NCBI RefSeq assembly: GCF_006345805.1
Contig: NC_043008.1
Coordinates: 73,160,001-73,224,000, forward strand
Direction of reading: 5' to 3'
Source of the DNA: Octopus sinensis
Taxonomy: Eukaryota
Length of the DNA stretch: 64,000 bases
Under the pieces are notes generated by a model that was not told the DNA's origin, made no database searches, and saw only the letters and a program-made list of their open reading frames with translations. The position numbers and the translations under genes were made by a program. Shown piece by piece: positions 48,330 through 62,176 of this stretch (its first letter is position 1; each line of letters opens with the position of its first letter).

Positions 48330-49973
48330 AAACTGCATCCCAGTGTGCGCATGGATATATAATTTCATGTACATGCATATCTATATATATATGTATATTT
48401 GTGTGTGCATGTACATGTATGTGTAAGGGGAACAATATGCTTGTATATGCATGGGTATATACTGATGTGTTTGTGTGTGGCATATACACAAATGTGCAGA
48501 TCTCAAGCCTCACTTACTCAGCATGGCCACAGGCTTTGAGCTGAAATGCGCAGAATATGTGTGTGTGTCTGTACGCGTGTGTGCATGTGTATGAATGTGC
48601 ATGCATGTGTGTGTGTGCATGTGTGTGAGTGCGTGCATGTGTGTATGTGTGCATGAGTTCACCCGTGTGTATATGCACAATGGACACTTTTGCAACAATT
48701 TCCATTTATCAAATTTCACTCCTGAGGTGATATATATATTTGTGTGCATGTGTGTGTCTGCCTTTGTGTGTAAGTATATGTGTACATATGTACTTACGAA
48801 AACATGTTTACAATACAAAGATCTTGTTCTCTCATATGAGTTTCTTCTCTATGCTCTTGGAATGTTTGATATTCTGTAAACCTTGTGGCATATCAAATAC
48901 TTGAACAATTATTATATTTACCAATTCATGCATTTTTCTAAAATAACCAAAACATTTACCATATTTAAAAATACAAAATTAGATCTGGCAGTATGGGAAA
49001 GCTGTCACAGTTTGAAATATCCAAATTGCTTCCAAAAACAATTGAGATGATGATGGTAAAATTGAGGCCAGGTTTTGTTTATTTCTCACAAATTTGTGGA
49101 CACACATGCACACACACACACACACACACACACACCACACACACACACACACACACCATAAAAACGTGTGTCTGTGTGTATATATGCATACATGTATGTA
49201 TGTTTATTGGCATATAACCATGTTGGTGTGTTGCCTCTCTGAACACAGAGTACACACACACACACATATTTTCTTTCGGGTATCTTATTAATATAATTGG
49301 AAGATACACATTATCTTGTTATTCTTTCTTAATATATATGTATATACGAAGTCTTTTTTTAAATAAATTCATACATATGCATATATACATATACAAACAC
49401 ACACACACATATTTTCTTTCGGGTATCTTATTAATATAATTGGAAGATACACATTATCTTGTTATTCTTTCTTAATATATATGTATATACGAAGTCTTTT
49501 TTTAAATAAATTCATACATATGCATATATACATATACAAACACACACACACACATTATATATATATATATATATATATATAAATACACACACACACACAC
49601 ACACATATATAATTTCTAATAGATTTCTTTCGACTCATGAAAGACTAAATATATATTTTGCAAGCTTTTTCTTTTACTAATTCTTATAAATAGTTTCCTT
49701 GCTTTAAGCGTTAAAATATTGTATATATTTGATTAATGGTGTTGCCACAAACAATAGATTCAACAAAAGAGAACATTCTTCATTTTCTTTAATTCTTAAA
49801 ATATATTTCCTCCCCAATAAAATCTATTAGTGTCTTTATTTACATATTGTTGTCTTGTATGTTATATTTACATCATTATTATATATACTTACACACACAT
49901 GTGTATGTACATATGTACGTGCTTGTGTATAAATATATACATACTACATACATACACACATACATATATATAC

Positions 49974-50005
<32 letters not shown>

Positions 50006-50700
50006 AATTCATGTACATATATATATGTGGGTATATATGCATATATGTATACATATGTGTACATATATATGCTTTTGTGCATGTATGTATTGGGGTTAAT
50101 TTGTTTCTCCTGTTTGGATAGGTTGGTGTATGTGTACATATGAAAGTTCATGGGTTAGTGAGTATTGTTATTATAAGTGTATATAAGTGTGCATGTGTGT
50201 GTGTATGTATATATATATATATGCAGATGTGTATGTTTGTGTGTGTGTTGATATACATATTTATATATATATATATACATTTATATTTGCATTTATTGTT
50301 CTATTCGGCAATATAGCTGAGAATGCAAATATATTCGATAAGGTATTGTGTTTAAATTTAATCATTAGTCTTCAGATTGGTACTTGTTGATGTGTGTATA
50401 TATGTAAATATGTATGTATATACTTTTGTGAATGTGTAAATATATGTTTAGATTCTTGTGTGTTTGTATGGGCATGTGTATCATTATGTGTATGTGTGAG
50501 TGTATAGATATGCATATGTAAAGGGTGAACATTTGTATACATACCCGGTACCTCTTATGTATGTTTCTGAGGAACTATATGTGATGTGTGTATCTATGTA
50601 AATGTGTTAACGTGTGTGTATGAATATCTGTGCATATGTATATATCTATGCATATATATGTGTGTGCTTGTATATGCAATTATGTATGTGTGTGTGCATT
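48330..50700. repeat. Compound TA/CA/TG microsatellite field
   Basis: Dinucleotide arrays directly visible; similar fields at 280-510, 7020-7110, 56290-57560, 59290-59590, 61280-62175 and 63772-63835. Confidence 0.9.
49257..49554. repeat. Two essentially identical 143-bp tandem copies
   Basis: ATTTTCTTTCGGGTATC... starts at 49268 and 49411; the copies differ only in the (CA)n count at the junctions. Confidence 0.9.
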
Positions 50701-50851
50701 TATTTCTACTTTTCTATATTTTGGTTTTCTAGATTTTAAAATTTCATTTGATATTTTTACGTCTTAGTTTTTCATTTAGATTTCTTTCTTGATCCTCGCC
50801 AAAAAAACTATTAAAAGACTGACTAAAACTTAAGGGAGGTATTCTTCTTCA

Positions 50852-50880
<29 letters not shown>

Positions 50881-50882
<2 letters not shown>

Positions 50883-51187
50883 GAGTGAATGAGAAAGCAA
50901 CGTATGCCATCAAAGTGATGCTGGGGTGCAAATATACGAAGCCCGATATATTCATCGTGATTACCCATTTAATAAGGTGCATGTGTCACAACCATATGTG
51001 ATGACATGGTGATCTCATATCAATACAAACAGTGCATGAACTTGCAGGTGGGACCCAGTTAGAATTTTCTTCAGGTTGATTAGTCCATCCAGTTCAAAAG
51101 TCACTGAACAAGGTTTGTTTCAAGATGATGAGTGAAGCACCCACATTATTCAGACCCCAAAGAATTCGTCTTAACACATGGTGTTGA
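50881..51187 (-). mobile_element. Repeat family C, partial
   Basis: Homology to 23461-23770; 3' end at (TTA)n. Confidence 0.72.
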
Positions 51188-51189
51188 TA

Positions 51190-52250
51190 TCAAATTATTG
51201 AATGTGACTAGGTACAAGGGAGGAAGAAGCTTCACAGGATGCAAGGACTGTATTGTCAATCAGGGAAACAGTCTGGGATGGTATGTCAAACAGCAGATTG
51301 AACACTTGCTAGTCAGTTAGAAATAGCAACACAATACCTACAGAATATGTGACATAAGCCAAAACATTTAAGAAACATGATAATGTACAAAGAATAAACA
51401 ACTGGAAAATGAAAATAATGAATGGGCAATGCTTCACAGAAGGGTAAGGGAAAGACAAAACCAACACATGGAGATGGCTAAGGAAAAGTGATCTAAAATG
51501 ATGTACTGAGGCATTGCTATGCAGCACCTAGGAACAATCTCTAAGAGCTAATTACACTAAGTTCCAAATAATTAAGAGCAGTGAATCACTCCATTATTGG
51601 ATGTATGGCATCAAAAACAAAGCAATCTCACATTTTGTGAATGTAGCAAACTGATCCAAAAGGATTACAAAATGAGGCACAGTAACATAGCTAAGTTTGT
51701 TCATTGGAGATCGCATGAGAAGTACGGTCTTGAAAGACCACAGAAATGGTATGAACATAAACCATAAGGCTTCAGTGAGAATAATGAGGATAAGATCTTA
51801 TGGGTTTTTACAATTCAGTGGGACTCAGTGATTGATGCTCAGAGACCAGACATAATTGTAGTGGATAAAAGGGAAAATGAAGCTACGATTATAGATATAG
51901 CCATGTCTAGTGATGCACACATAGGTGACAAAGAGCTGGAAAATGTGGCACAATACCAGTTACTAAAAGACACAGTTGCAGGAATGTGGGTAATGAAGAG
52001 AGTGACTGCCATCCCAATAGCTGTAGAGGCACTTGGAGCATTAACAACCAAGTTTGAGAAATATGTCAGAGAAACTGGAATTGACATGAGGGTAGAACAA
52101 GCTAAAAAACTGCTCTATTGGGGATAGTGAGGCTTTTGAGATTGGTACTTGAGTGTTAAGTATCATGGAAAGAGATCCTGTGCAACCTTTGACAACAAAT
52201 TGCTGTCCACTCTCACAGAAGTAACCCAAAAAAGTAAAACAGAGAGCTCT
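51190..52250 (+). mobile_element. R4/Dong 3' fragment
   Basis: AQRPDIIVVDKRENEATIIDIAMSSDAHIGDKELENVAQYQLLKDTVAGMW...IPIAVEALG; followed directly by (AAT)n. Confidence 0.82.
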
Positions 52251-52280
52251 GAGAATAATAATAATAATAATGATAATAAT

Positions 52281-53525
52281 TCAATTCAATTCAATCTTTA
52301 CTGGCTCAAAAACCAAAAGCAAGGCCATGTAGGGGGACAGGGAGTTATGTACAGAGAGGGTGGTCATACAAAGAGTTCAGGCCATTTCTGGTCAAGAGAG
52401 ACTTTGAACCGAGCGGTCATCGGCATCTTCACTATCGTCCGGCAGCTTATTCCACAGATCCGCAACCCGGATGGAGAAAGCCCCTCTCCTTCGATTGAGA
52501 TGAAATTGCCGTAGATAGAGCTTTTTGGAATGACTCTGGAGCAGGAGTGAAGAACAGCTCTTTCGAGAGGTTACACTTTTCACTTATGATGTTGTCATTT
52601 TTCGAGAGAATAAGGTCGAGTGTCTTCAGCCTTTCTTCATAAGACAAATACTTGAGACCAAGAACCATGCGGTTTGGAAGTCTTTAGGGTAGAAATAAAG
52701 GGTGGCTCTGCATCAATAGGAGACTTTGAATGGGATTCAGTTTGTTTATTCTGTAATTCAGCAACAACAGACTTAAGGTGCTCGACCTCTTGCTTAAGCA
52801 ACAACAACTGCTCGTTAAAATGTTTGTTAGTAAGACCATCTTCTTGATGAGAAATCTTGATTTCAGGGTCTTCATGAGAAAGCTTGATATCACTGATCGC
52901 CTCATTAACTGAATTTTCCAAAATAGGATCAGCAGAATGAGCCCTTTTCGCAGATCTCAGTTTCGATTTGTAAGTAGCTGAGCCAGGCTTGGATGACATG
53001 ATAGATGGTTGACAAAAACAATCTTCTATAGCTGCCAGGGGTTCTAGGATAATTCTGATAGTTAAAAGCAGGAACAAAAACAGCTGCAATCTTTGTAGGT
53101 GTAGATAACAGCAGACAAAATCTGAGAAAGTGTGGGTTGAGCCGAATCACCATCAAAGATTGAAAGTAGACGATGAAATGAGTCAGGAACTTTTCTTCTT
53201 TATCTGTAAGTAGCTTTAGGATAAGGAATAGTAGGTTCATCTTCAGAATATTGATATGCATGTAAAATGCTCCACATGATTAAATATTATTTGTTGTGCT
53301 ATTTAGTACTTCAATATTTGCGTCTGCGTATGTGTTTGTATATACGTGAATAAATGTGTTTATGTGCGAGATGGCTCATTATTTTGTCTTTCATTAATTT
53401 AATTTAATTTTTTCTCACGTTTTTCCCTTTTAAAATATTTTTTTAAGTAATTTTTACACTGGAGGGAGAGCTGAAGGTGAGCTCAGAATTTTCAGAGCTG
53501 AATTCTCAGAGCTGAAGGTTTGTTA
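52281..53525 (-). mobile_element. Internally deleted CR1-like LINE: 5' UTR and ORF1 start fused to the ORF2 3' tip
   Basis: ORF1-like MSSKPGSATYKSKLRS...LLLLKQEVEHLKSVVAELQ (ATG 52999) joins at ~52671 to RMVLGLKYLSYEERLKTLDL...HSKKL...RRGAFSIRVADLWNKLP (CR1 ORF2 end); (ATTGA)3 tail at 52281-52295. Confidence 0.75.
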
Positions 53526-53531
53526 TTTTAA

Positions 53532-53940
53532 TAATAATAACGATGGAAACCAGACATAGTGTTACTTGAGAAAGAAAGCAACCGATGCTGGATCATTGAT
53601 ATAACATGCCCAGCTGACAACAACATATGCGATAAGGAAGAAAGAAAAGTCAATAGATATGACTGGTTAGCATTGGAGGTTAAGCAGTTGTGTTTGGTGA
53701 AAAAGGTGGTAGTAGTACTAATAATTGTTGGAGCCCTTGGAACAGAGAGTAAAAATTTTGAGAAGTACATGGAACAGATAAGGGCTGCAATAGGGGTGGA
53801 GCACTTGCAGAAAATAACACTGCTTGGAACTTCTCAAATACTCCGGATGGTGCTTGAAAAATAAGGGGTGTTACCTTAGTTCATTGGTAGTGAACAGCTG
53901 GCACCATAGTACATCTCCACCGTTAGAAGCTGTTCAAACA
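53532..53940 (+). mobile_element. 5'-truncated R4/Dong fragment
   Basis: CWIIDITCPADNNICDKEERKVNRYDWLALEVKQL...VLIIVGALG; AAT-type repeats at both ends. Confidence 0.82.
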
Positions 53941-53959
53941 CAATAAATAACAATAACAA

Positions 53960-54160
53960 TCCTTTCTAATAAAGGCACATGGCCTCAAATTTGCAGGGAG
54001 AGTACTAGGCGATTATATTGATCCCAGTGTTTATTTGGTACTTAATTTATTGACCATAAAAGGAAGAAAGCTAAGGCTGACCGTGGCAGAATTTGAATTC
54101 ACAATGTAAAGACGCACAAAATACTACCAGCATGCTAACTATTCTGCCAGCTTGCCACCT
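53960..54160 (-). mobile_element. SINE family B
   Basis: Homology to family B; tail abuts the AAT repeat that follows an R4 3' end. Confidence 0.72.
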
Positions 54161-54219
54161 TTGAATATTTTCCACGTTTCCTCGATGTTTTCCTCATTGT
54201 CCATATTATTATTAATAAT

Positions 54220-54582
54220 TGATGATTTGTGCATCTCTGATCATGAGCAGATGTAGTGGGGTAGCATCATAGCCATGTGTTGAGAGGAATTCTTTGGGGT
54301 TTGGATAATTCACCTCTGGAAACATGGGTGTTTAATTCAACATCTTTAAATAAACCTTATTGAGGGACTTTTTGAGTGGGATGGGCTAACTGACTTGAAG
54401 AAAATTCTGAGCCCCACCTGCAAGGTCATGCACTGTTTATCTTGGTATGAAATCACTATGTCACACACATGTGGTTGTGATGCATATGCCCGGTGTACCC
54501 TTATCAAACAGGTAGTCACGATGGGTATTTTGGACTTCATATATTTGTATCGCAGTGTCAATTTGATGGCATGCACTGCTCT
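54220..54582 (+). mobile_element. Repeat family C, partial, fused to an R4 fragment
   Basis: Reverse complement of ~23470-23835. Confidence 0.72.
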
Positions 54583-55815
54583 GAGGAAAACATTACAGTC
54601 AAGGCTGAATTCAAAAAATGTTATGGAAGTGTTAAATTTAAGAGCAGTGCTGGTTATTAGATATGGAACTGGAATCCTGGATTAAATAAAATCTACATAC
54701 AGAAACCTGACAGAAAAATTAGTAAACTCTTGACTATGTATGGAGCCCACCATCCCAAAGCTGATATTGACCAACTGTACTTGAAGAGAGACTAGGGTGA
54801 AAAGGTTTCATTGCCAAGCAAGAGTGTAAACAGATGAAACAAACCAGCTCATCAAATTATCTATAGAACAACTCAGAGAAGTGCTGGTCTAAAGGCAGTG
54901 AATAAAGAACAGTTGATCAGGTGTGGAATAGGAGAAAAAGACAAGAATCATCATTATCATCATCAGCAGCAGCAGCATTTAAAGTCTGTCTTCCATGCTA
55001 TAATGGGTAGATTGATGAGAAACCTATGCATAGTCACATTTGGAAAGTCATTTAGGATGTGTGGGGGACAAAATCCTAAGCTTGGTTGAAAAAAGAGCAA
55101 TTGAAAAAGAAACAGCAAGCCCTATAACAGCAGCTCAAGAAGATGTCAACAAAATATAGAGTATGTGGAATCTGGGATGTAACAATGGCACTCTCTGTTG
55201 CAGAATACACTCAGTTGGCTCAGGGAAAATATAAGAAATAGAGGCATGACCAATATGGAAATGATTTGCATTGGAACATTTGTCAGAAATAGGAGTTTGA
55301 AGCTGGAAGTACACAGTATTATCACTGGGCACAAAGTGTACTTGAGTTAGAAAAATGCATGATTTTGTGGAATTTTCCAATTCAAATGGATAAGAAGTCA
55401 GGACATAACAAGCCAGATATAACAATAATAGATAAGGAAAAGTGAATTTGCTTACTGATTGATCCATCATGTCCATTTGATTCCAGGATTGTGAAGAAAG
55501 AAGATGAAACGTTAAAAAAATTCAAGCCCTTAAGATTTCAAATTGCAAGGAGTCGGAATATGAAATCTGTAAATGTTGTACCTGCAATAATTGATGAATT
55601 ATGGACTATGAGAAATGACATAGACAAACAGTGAAAGCGGGTTGGAATGGAATGTTTTGTAGAGATGTAAAGAAGGTTAGCATCTAAAGAACAGGAAAGA
55701 TCATCAGAAGTGTTTTGAGCACTTGAAGATTTATTGAAATCATGTGGACATCTATAGTTAGTAATCCACTACTCACTTCAATTCTACTAAGAATAAGACC
55801 AATCTCGATTCACAT
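54583..55815 (+). mobile_element. Degenerate R4/Dong 3' half
   Basis: RKTLQSRLNSKNVMEVLNLRAVLVIRYGTG and later KPDITIIDKE..LIDPSCPFDSRI remnants; ends before a degenerate AAT/GAT array. Confidence 0.72.
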
Positions 55816-56404
55816 CAAATAATAATTACAATGAAAACAATAGTTCTGGTGAGGATGATGATAACAATGATGATAACAATGATGTATCAGTAGAGGTGTC
55901 TCCATGGATGGTGTTGATGGAGAATTCAGGTTGATAATGATGTGGAAATATTAATGATGTTGATAATGATGACTATGATGACTGCTGATACTTGTGTTGG
56001 TACTGCTTATGATAATTTTTGTAATGATTAATAATTATGATGATAATAGGATATGATGATGGTTATGATGATAACGATGATGATGGTTATGATGATGACA
56101 ATAATGATATTTGTTGAAAGTAGATGAGTAATATATTAAATTAAAACAAACCAAAACAAAAAAAAAAACCTACGAAATTATTCAATTTTATGCAACACAA
56201 GGAAAAATAAAGAAACTGTAATTTAAATATATTTTTCTGTTATTGATTCTATTAACTGTTGTATATTTTCAGAACAAGAATATTCTGGTATTGATATAGA
56301 ATATTACACAGACACCTATAAACATATGGACACACACACACACACATACACACCAAACTACACTTGTATAATATATATATATTATGTAAATATATGCTTG
56401 CATA

Positions 56405-56448
<44 letters not shown>

Positions 56449-57282
56449 GGGAGAGAGAGAGAGAGACACACACACACACACATAATATACAAATCAATAT
56501 TTATAACTATATATGTGTGTGTATGTATTGTGTGTGCATGTGAGTGCGTGTGTGCATATTTATATCTTTAGCAGGAAATATCTTTCGTTAAAATGTGAAG
56601 TAATTACTTCACATCAAGGAGGGGAGACCAAAAATATCACCAATATATCTATTCCCTCTGATTCTCACAGATAATTTATGCACCTCACAAATAAAATCAT
56701 GGAAAAACAACAAAAGCAAAAAATATTAGTGGGTTCATTTTATTATATATGTGTATTTTGGCATTTGCATGCATGAGTCTGTAGTATATGTATGTGTGTG
56801 CATACATACGTACACACATATGAGTATACATATATATATACATATACATAAGTATACATATTCTTTCATATATATACATATATACATACATATATATACA
56901 TATATACATGCATATATATACATATACATATACATGTATGCATATACATGCAAATATATATATGCATATATATATATATATATACATATACATGCATACA
57001 CACACATATAGTTATACACTCACCTCTATGTACATATATATGTGTATGTGTGCATGTGTATATACACACACACACACACACACACATATTTGATGTGTAT
57101 AAAATTTTGTATTGTTGAAGCTAATGGTTTCATATGTGATGATTGTTCAGATGTATTTTCTTAGTTCATATATACATACATACATATATATATATATATG
57201 AATGAATATATATATATATATATATATATATGTATACACACACTCACACACATATATGTATACATATATATATGTATATATA

Positions 57283-57326
<44 letters not shown>

Positions 57327-57438
57327 GGGAGAGAGAGAGGTAGATAGAGAGGTAAATAGACAGACAGATATATATATATATATGTGTGTGTGCGTGTTTG
57401 CTTTTAAATGTATATATAAACACACAAACATGCACATA

Positions 57439-57489
<51 letters not shown>

Positions 57490-59414
57490 CCTCTCACACA
57501 CAAACACACGTGTACATGCCCTTTGCTGAAGCAACATAAATATAAACAGACAGACATGTCTCATTTCTCTTCTAACATTACTTGGTTCTTAGTTTCTAAA
57601 GCTGTTTAAATGTTCACAATAGAAAGTCAGTGACATTACTACAGTGTTCAAGACTGAACCATATTTATGAGTGACAAATATAATGACGGTATTATAATTT
57701 AAAATTGTGCAAAATTTATTGGAATCTCAAAAATGATATAGATTCTTGCCCAGAACGACCATGTATTCTTTGTAGGACATGAATTGTATGGTGATACATC
57801 AGACTCATTGTCCCATACAATTTAAATGCCGTCTTATTTATCAGAAGCATACTTATATTGTCACATGTTTTGATGGCAATACTTACACATACATATGTAT
57901 ACATATATTCATATATAGACACACACACATGCACACAGACACACACATATATATTTACACACGTATGTATATGCATGTGCATCTCTCCCACAACTCATCT
58001 TCCCAACATCTCCTCCACTATCACTATTCTTATAGCACTATTTCTTACACCTATGTAACTATTGGAGCAGAACCACACCTATTCTATCCCCATTTCATTT
58101 ACCCAATCTCCATCTCAGAAACACATTTTTCTCATGCAATTCCAGTATCATCTCTTACCAATTTATTTTCTTATGAATGTCTCTTCCACCTCCTCTCTCT
58201 TTTGTACACACCCCCGTTTTGCAAATGGCAGCCCCACCCCACTTTTACCTTGATTCATCTGCTGCTGTTTCTACCCTATGTACCTCTGACTTCATCCCTG
58301 AAACTCTGCACTCATCCCATACTACACTCTCTCCACTCTTCCCATCATTGCTGTTACATACTACTCCCTGACCCATACCCACTTCCTCCACGTTTTCCCT
58401 TAACTCATATTCATGACTGACTTAACTCATATTCACCACTCATTACTTTTCCTTCTATTCCCATTCCTAAGCAATCCCATACTCACCTCTCATACTCACA
58501 CAAACTTATCCACTTTTACTACTTCTCTTACATTCATCCTCCTATAAGTTGAACATGCACCTTGACACATATTCACCAACATCTTTTTTCTTTTCCAACT
58601 GGGGTAACCATATATCATCATCATCAATATTTAGTGTCTGTTGTCCATGGGTTGGATGGCTTGATAGGAACTGGCAAAGCCAAGGGTTGCACAAGGTTCC
58701 ATAGTATGTTTTGACTCGGTTTCTATGGCTGGATGCCCTTCCTAGCACCAACCACTCCACAGAGTGTACTGGGTGCCTTTTATTTGGTACCATCACCAGT
58801 GCTTTCTACATGAAACCAGCAATCATACCAATGCTTTTTATGTGGCACCTTGGGTTTTAGGATCTCAATTTTTGAGGTGGACAGGTATTTTGAGTACAGC
58901 AATGTGTGACATGTTGGTCCTCGGTCATAAAGATCAGTGTTTTGAAATCAGCCTTCTCTATTCATCCCTGCACCTAAGTAAATATTCCAGTCGCTCTTTC
59001 ATAATTTCAGCTCTCGTCACCATAAATAAAGAACCCTTCCACAATACTATATATAGCCATCAGTTGAAGGGATCTTGTCTTGAAAGAAATTTGGTAGCCT
59101 CACTAGTGTTAGTAAGAGTAATGTAAACCCAGAACACTTTCTAACGTGGTTGGTGAAAGAACCACATCTAACAACAGAAAACATACCAAAGCATTGTAGT
59201 TTGGTGCAGTTCTCTGGCACATTTGTTTCTCCTGAAAACCTGACCAATTTCAGTAGAAAAATTGAGAGATAAATGATGATGATTATGATCACACACACAC
59301 ACACACACACATACGACCGTACACATACATATTGATATAGAAATATACATATATATATAAAGATATATACAGATATATATATGCTTATACAGACATATAT
59401 ATGCATATGTATTG

Positions 59415-59445
<31 letters not shown>

Positions 59446-59451
59446 GTATAT

Positions 59452-59518
<67 letters not shown>

Positions 59519-59589
59519 CATATATATATGTATATACATATACACACACATACAGATATATGTAAATATGCATATCTATACATACACGC

Positions 59590-60500
59590 ATACAGTGTGC
59601 GATGGATAAATTATCACCATTTTATATTTGAATTTTGGTACGTGCCTTGTTTGTTTTCGATTTTGTTGACTACAAAATATTGTAGGCTCAGTTGGGCACT
59701 GTCTGTGAGAAAAACAGCATCATGACACAATTCACTCTGCTAGAAATTTGAAAACAACATGCTGTACTGCTTTGCATTCATGCTGGAAGCTCCAATATGA
59801 GCATTTCAGAGTGACTGGGTGTCAATCTGAGAACAGTGCATGTACGAAGACTGATAAAATTCCTATATCAATCATCATCGCGATGTATGAACATCATGGT
59901 GTTTGAAGTGATCACCACTAATGATGGTGACATTATATCTCCATCCATCTTCCCACACAGTCTCAGACTCAATACAGAGGCCTACATCAAGTGCCTGGAG
60001 GAGATAGTTCTGCCCTGCATCAAGAGGGTGGCTACTGGAAGATCCTATGTCTGGCAACAGGACTCTGTGCAATGCCTTTCAAGCAGGAGAAGCCAGTCAA
60101 GGCTGTCAGACAATTTCTGCAACCACATTACCCCTAACATCTGGCAACCTAACTCCCCAGACTGCAACCCCCTTTATTATTATGAGTGGGACAAAATTGA
60201 GTGAGCAACCAACAAAACTTCTTATAATATCAAAGATAAACTGAAGGCAAGGATTATTGCAGGAGACTGTTCAGAAGAATTGCAGGAGACTGTTCAGAAG
60301 AATTGCAGGAGATTCTGAAGTCGACTTGAGGTTGAAGCTAATGGTTGAAGCTAATGGCAATCTTACTGAATAAATTTACTCTTCAGTATTTCAAGATATT
60401 TTAATGTAATTTTGGTAAATCTATCTGTTAAAATGAGATATCAGTGTTATTTTCATTTTTGCATAATTTAAACAACAATATATTCACTGCCTCCTTATAT
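59590..60500 (+). mobile_element. Internally deleted Tc1/mariner (maT/DD37D-like) element
   Basis: ORF 59836-60204 reads YIKCLEEIVLPCIKRVATGRSYVWQQDS...WQPNSPDCNPLYYYEW; TIRs too decayed to confirm; a 23-bp tandem duplication near 60259-60310. Confidence 0.72.
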
Positions 60501-60566
60501 TTACACACACACACACACACATATATATATACCTATATACATATGTATGTGTGTGTGTGTGTAAAA

Positions 60567-61044
60567 GATTCGAGCGAGGTTGTTGCCAGTACCACCTGAC
60601 TGGCCCTGTGCCAGTGCCACGTAAAAGCATCCACTACACTCTCGGAGTGGTTGGTATTAGGAAGGGCATCCAGCTGTAGAAAGCTTGCCAGATCAAGGTT
60701 GATGCCTGGTGCAGCCATCTGGTTTGCCAGTCCTGAGTGAAATCGTCCAACCCATTCTAGCATGGAAAGTGGATGTTAAACTATGATGATAATGATGATG
60801 ATATATATATATATATAAATATCATCACCATCATCATCATCATCAGCATCGTTTAACGTCCGCTTTCCATGCTAACATGGGTTGGACAATTTGATTGAGG
60901 TCTGGCAACCAGATGGCTGCACCAGGCTCCAATTTTGCTTTGGCAGAGTTTCTACAGCTGGATGCCCTTCCTAACACCAACCATTCCAAGAGTGTAGTGG
61001 GTGCTTTTACAAGCCACCGGCACGAGGGCCAGTCAGGCGGTACT
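60567..61044. repeat. Tail-to-tail inverted pair of RTE 3' tails around a (TA)n spacer
   Basis: 60567-60801 (+) and 60821-61044 (-) are reverse complements over ~200 bp. Confidence 0.8.
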
Positions 61045-61105
61045 ATATTTCGTTTTGGGATTTGCTTTGCAAGATTCTGTATGAGTTCATGTATTGAAGT
61101 ATATT

Positions 61106-61505
61106 CTGTTGTGTCTGGGGAAAGTCATTCTCTTTTAGTGATTTACAATTTAACACACTCACTGGTAAAATTTCCACTCATTTACTTTTTTATTTTTCTA
61201 AAATTTTCATTGAGTCTTGCAACCTTTTCAATAGTTGTTGACTGTCCATTATTCAAGCTGCATTCTTTTTGTTTGTTTGTGTGCATGTGTGTGGGTCAGT
61301 GTGTGTGTGTGCATACACATGTATGTATGCATGTATGTATGTATGTATGTATATATGTATGTATGTATGCATACAAGTGCATGTACGCATGTATGGATGT
61401 GTGCATGCATATATATATATATATGTTTGTATGTATGTATTCTGCATATTCATGTGTTTGTGTGTTCGTGTATGTGTGTTTACATGTGTGTGTACCTCTG
61501 TCTCC

Positions 61506-61541
<36 letters not shown>

Positions 61542-62058
61542 GTGTGTGTGTGTATGCACATGCATGTAGGCAAATGGATATGAAAGTAAACAGATAAACA
61601 TACTGCCGGATAGGTACATAGGTAATATGAACAGACAAGCACACATACATGCATATACACAAATGAAGACTGAAACATATGACCATATACGCACACACTT
61701 CACTTCATACAAGGCCACATGTGGAGACAAACGCCCACACATATGGAGATACTCATCCATACATACAGACACAGTGCACGCTCACAAAAACCCATACACA
61801 CACATAAAAACACACAAACACACAAACACATGAATATGCAGAATACATACATATAAACATGTACACACATATATATATACTTACGCACGCACACACTGAC
61901 CCACACACATGGGCACAAACAAACAAAAAGAACACAGCTTAAATAACGGACATAGTCAACAACTATTGAAAAGGTCGCAAGGCGCAATGAAAATTTTACC
62001 AGTGAGTGTATTAGATTATAAGGCACTAAAAGAGAACGACTCTCCCCAGACACAACAG
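61106..62058. mobile_element. Foldback / long-TIR MITE
   Basis: Both ends read CTGTTGTGTCTGGGGA(A/G)AGTC in TA-rich context; the inverted similarity continues for >250 bp through unique and microsatellite sequence. Confidence 0.75.
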
Positions 62059-62088
62059 TATACATATATATATATATATATATATATG

Positions 62089-62126
<38 letters not shown>

Positions 62127-62176
62127 CACATTCTTGCAGATACATATACATAGATACACATATACATATATATATA

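Noticed and set aside
56593-56614. 22-bp perfect palindrome ATGTGAAGTAATTACTTCACAT
   Set aside because: Isolated and AT-rich with no supporting context; no function can be argued.
57779-58420. 213-aa plus-strand ORF
   Set aside because: Starts in microsatellite and continues through CT-rich low-complexity DNA; no domain recognised.
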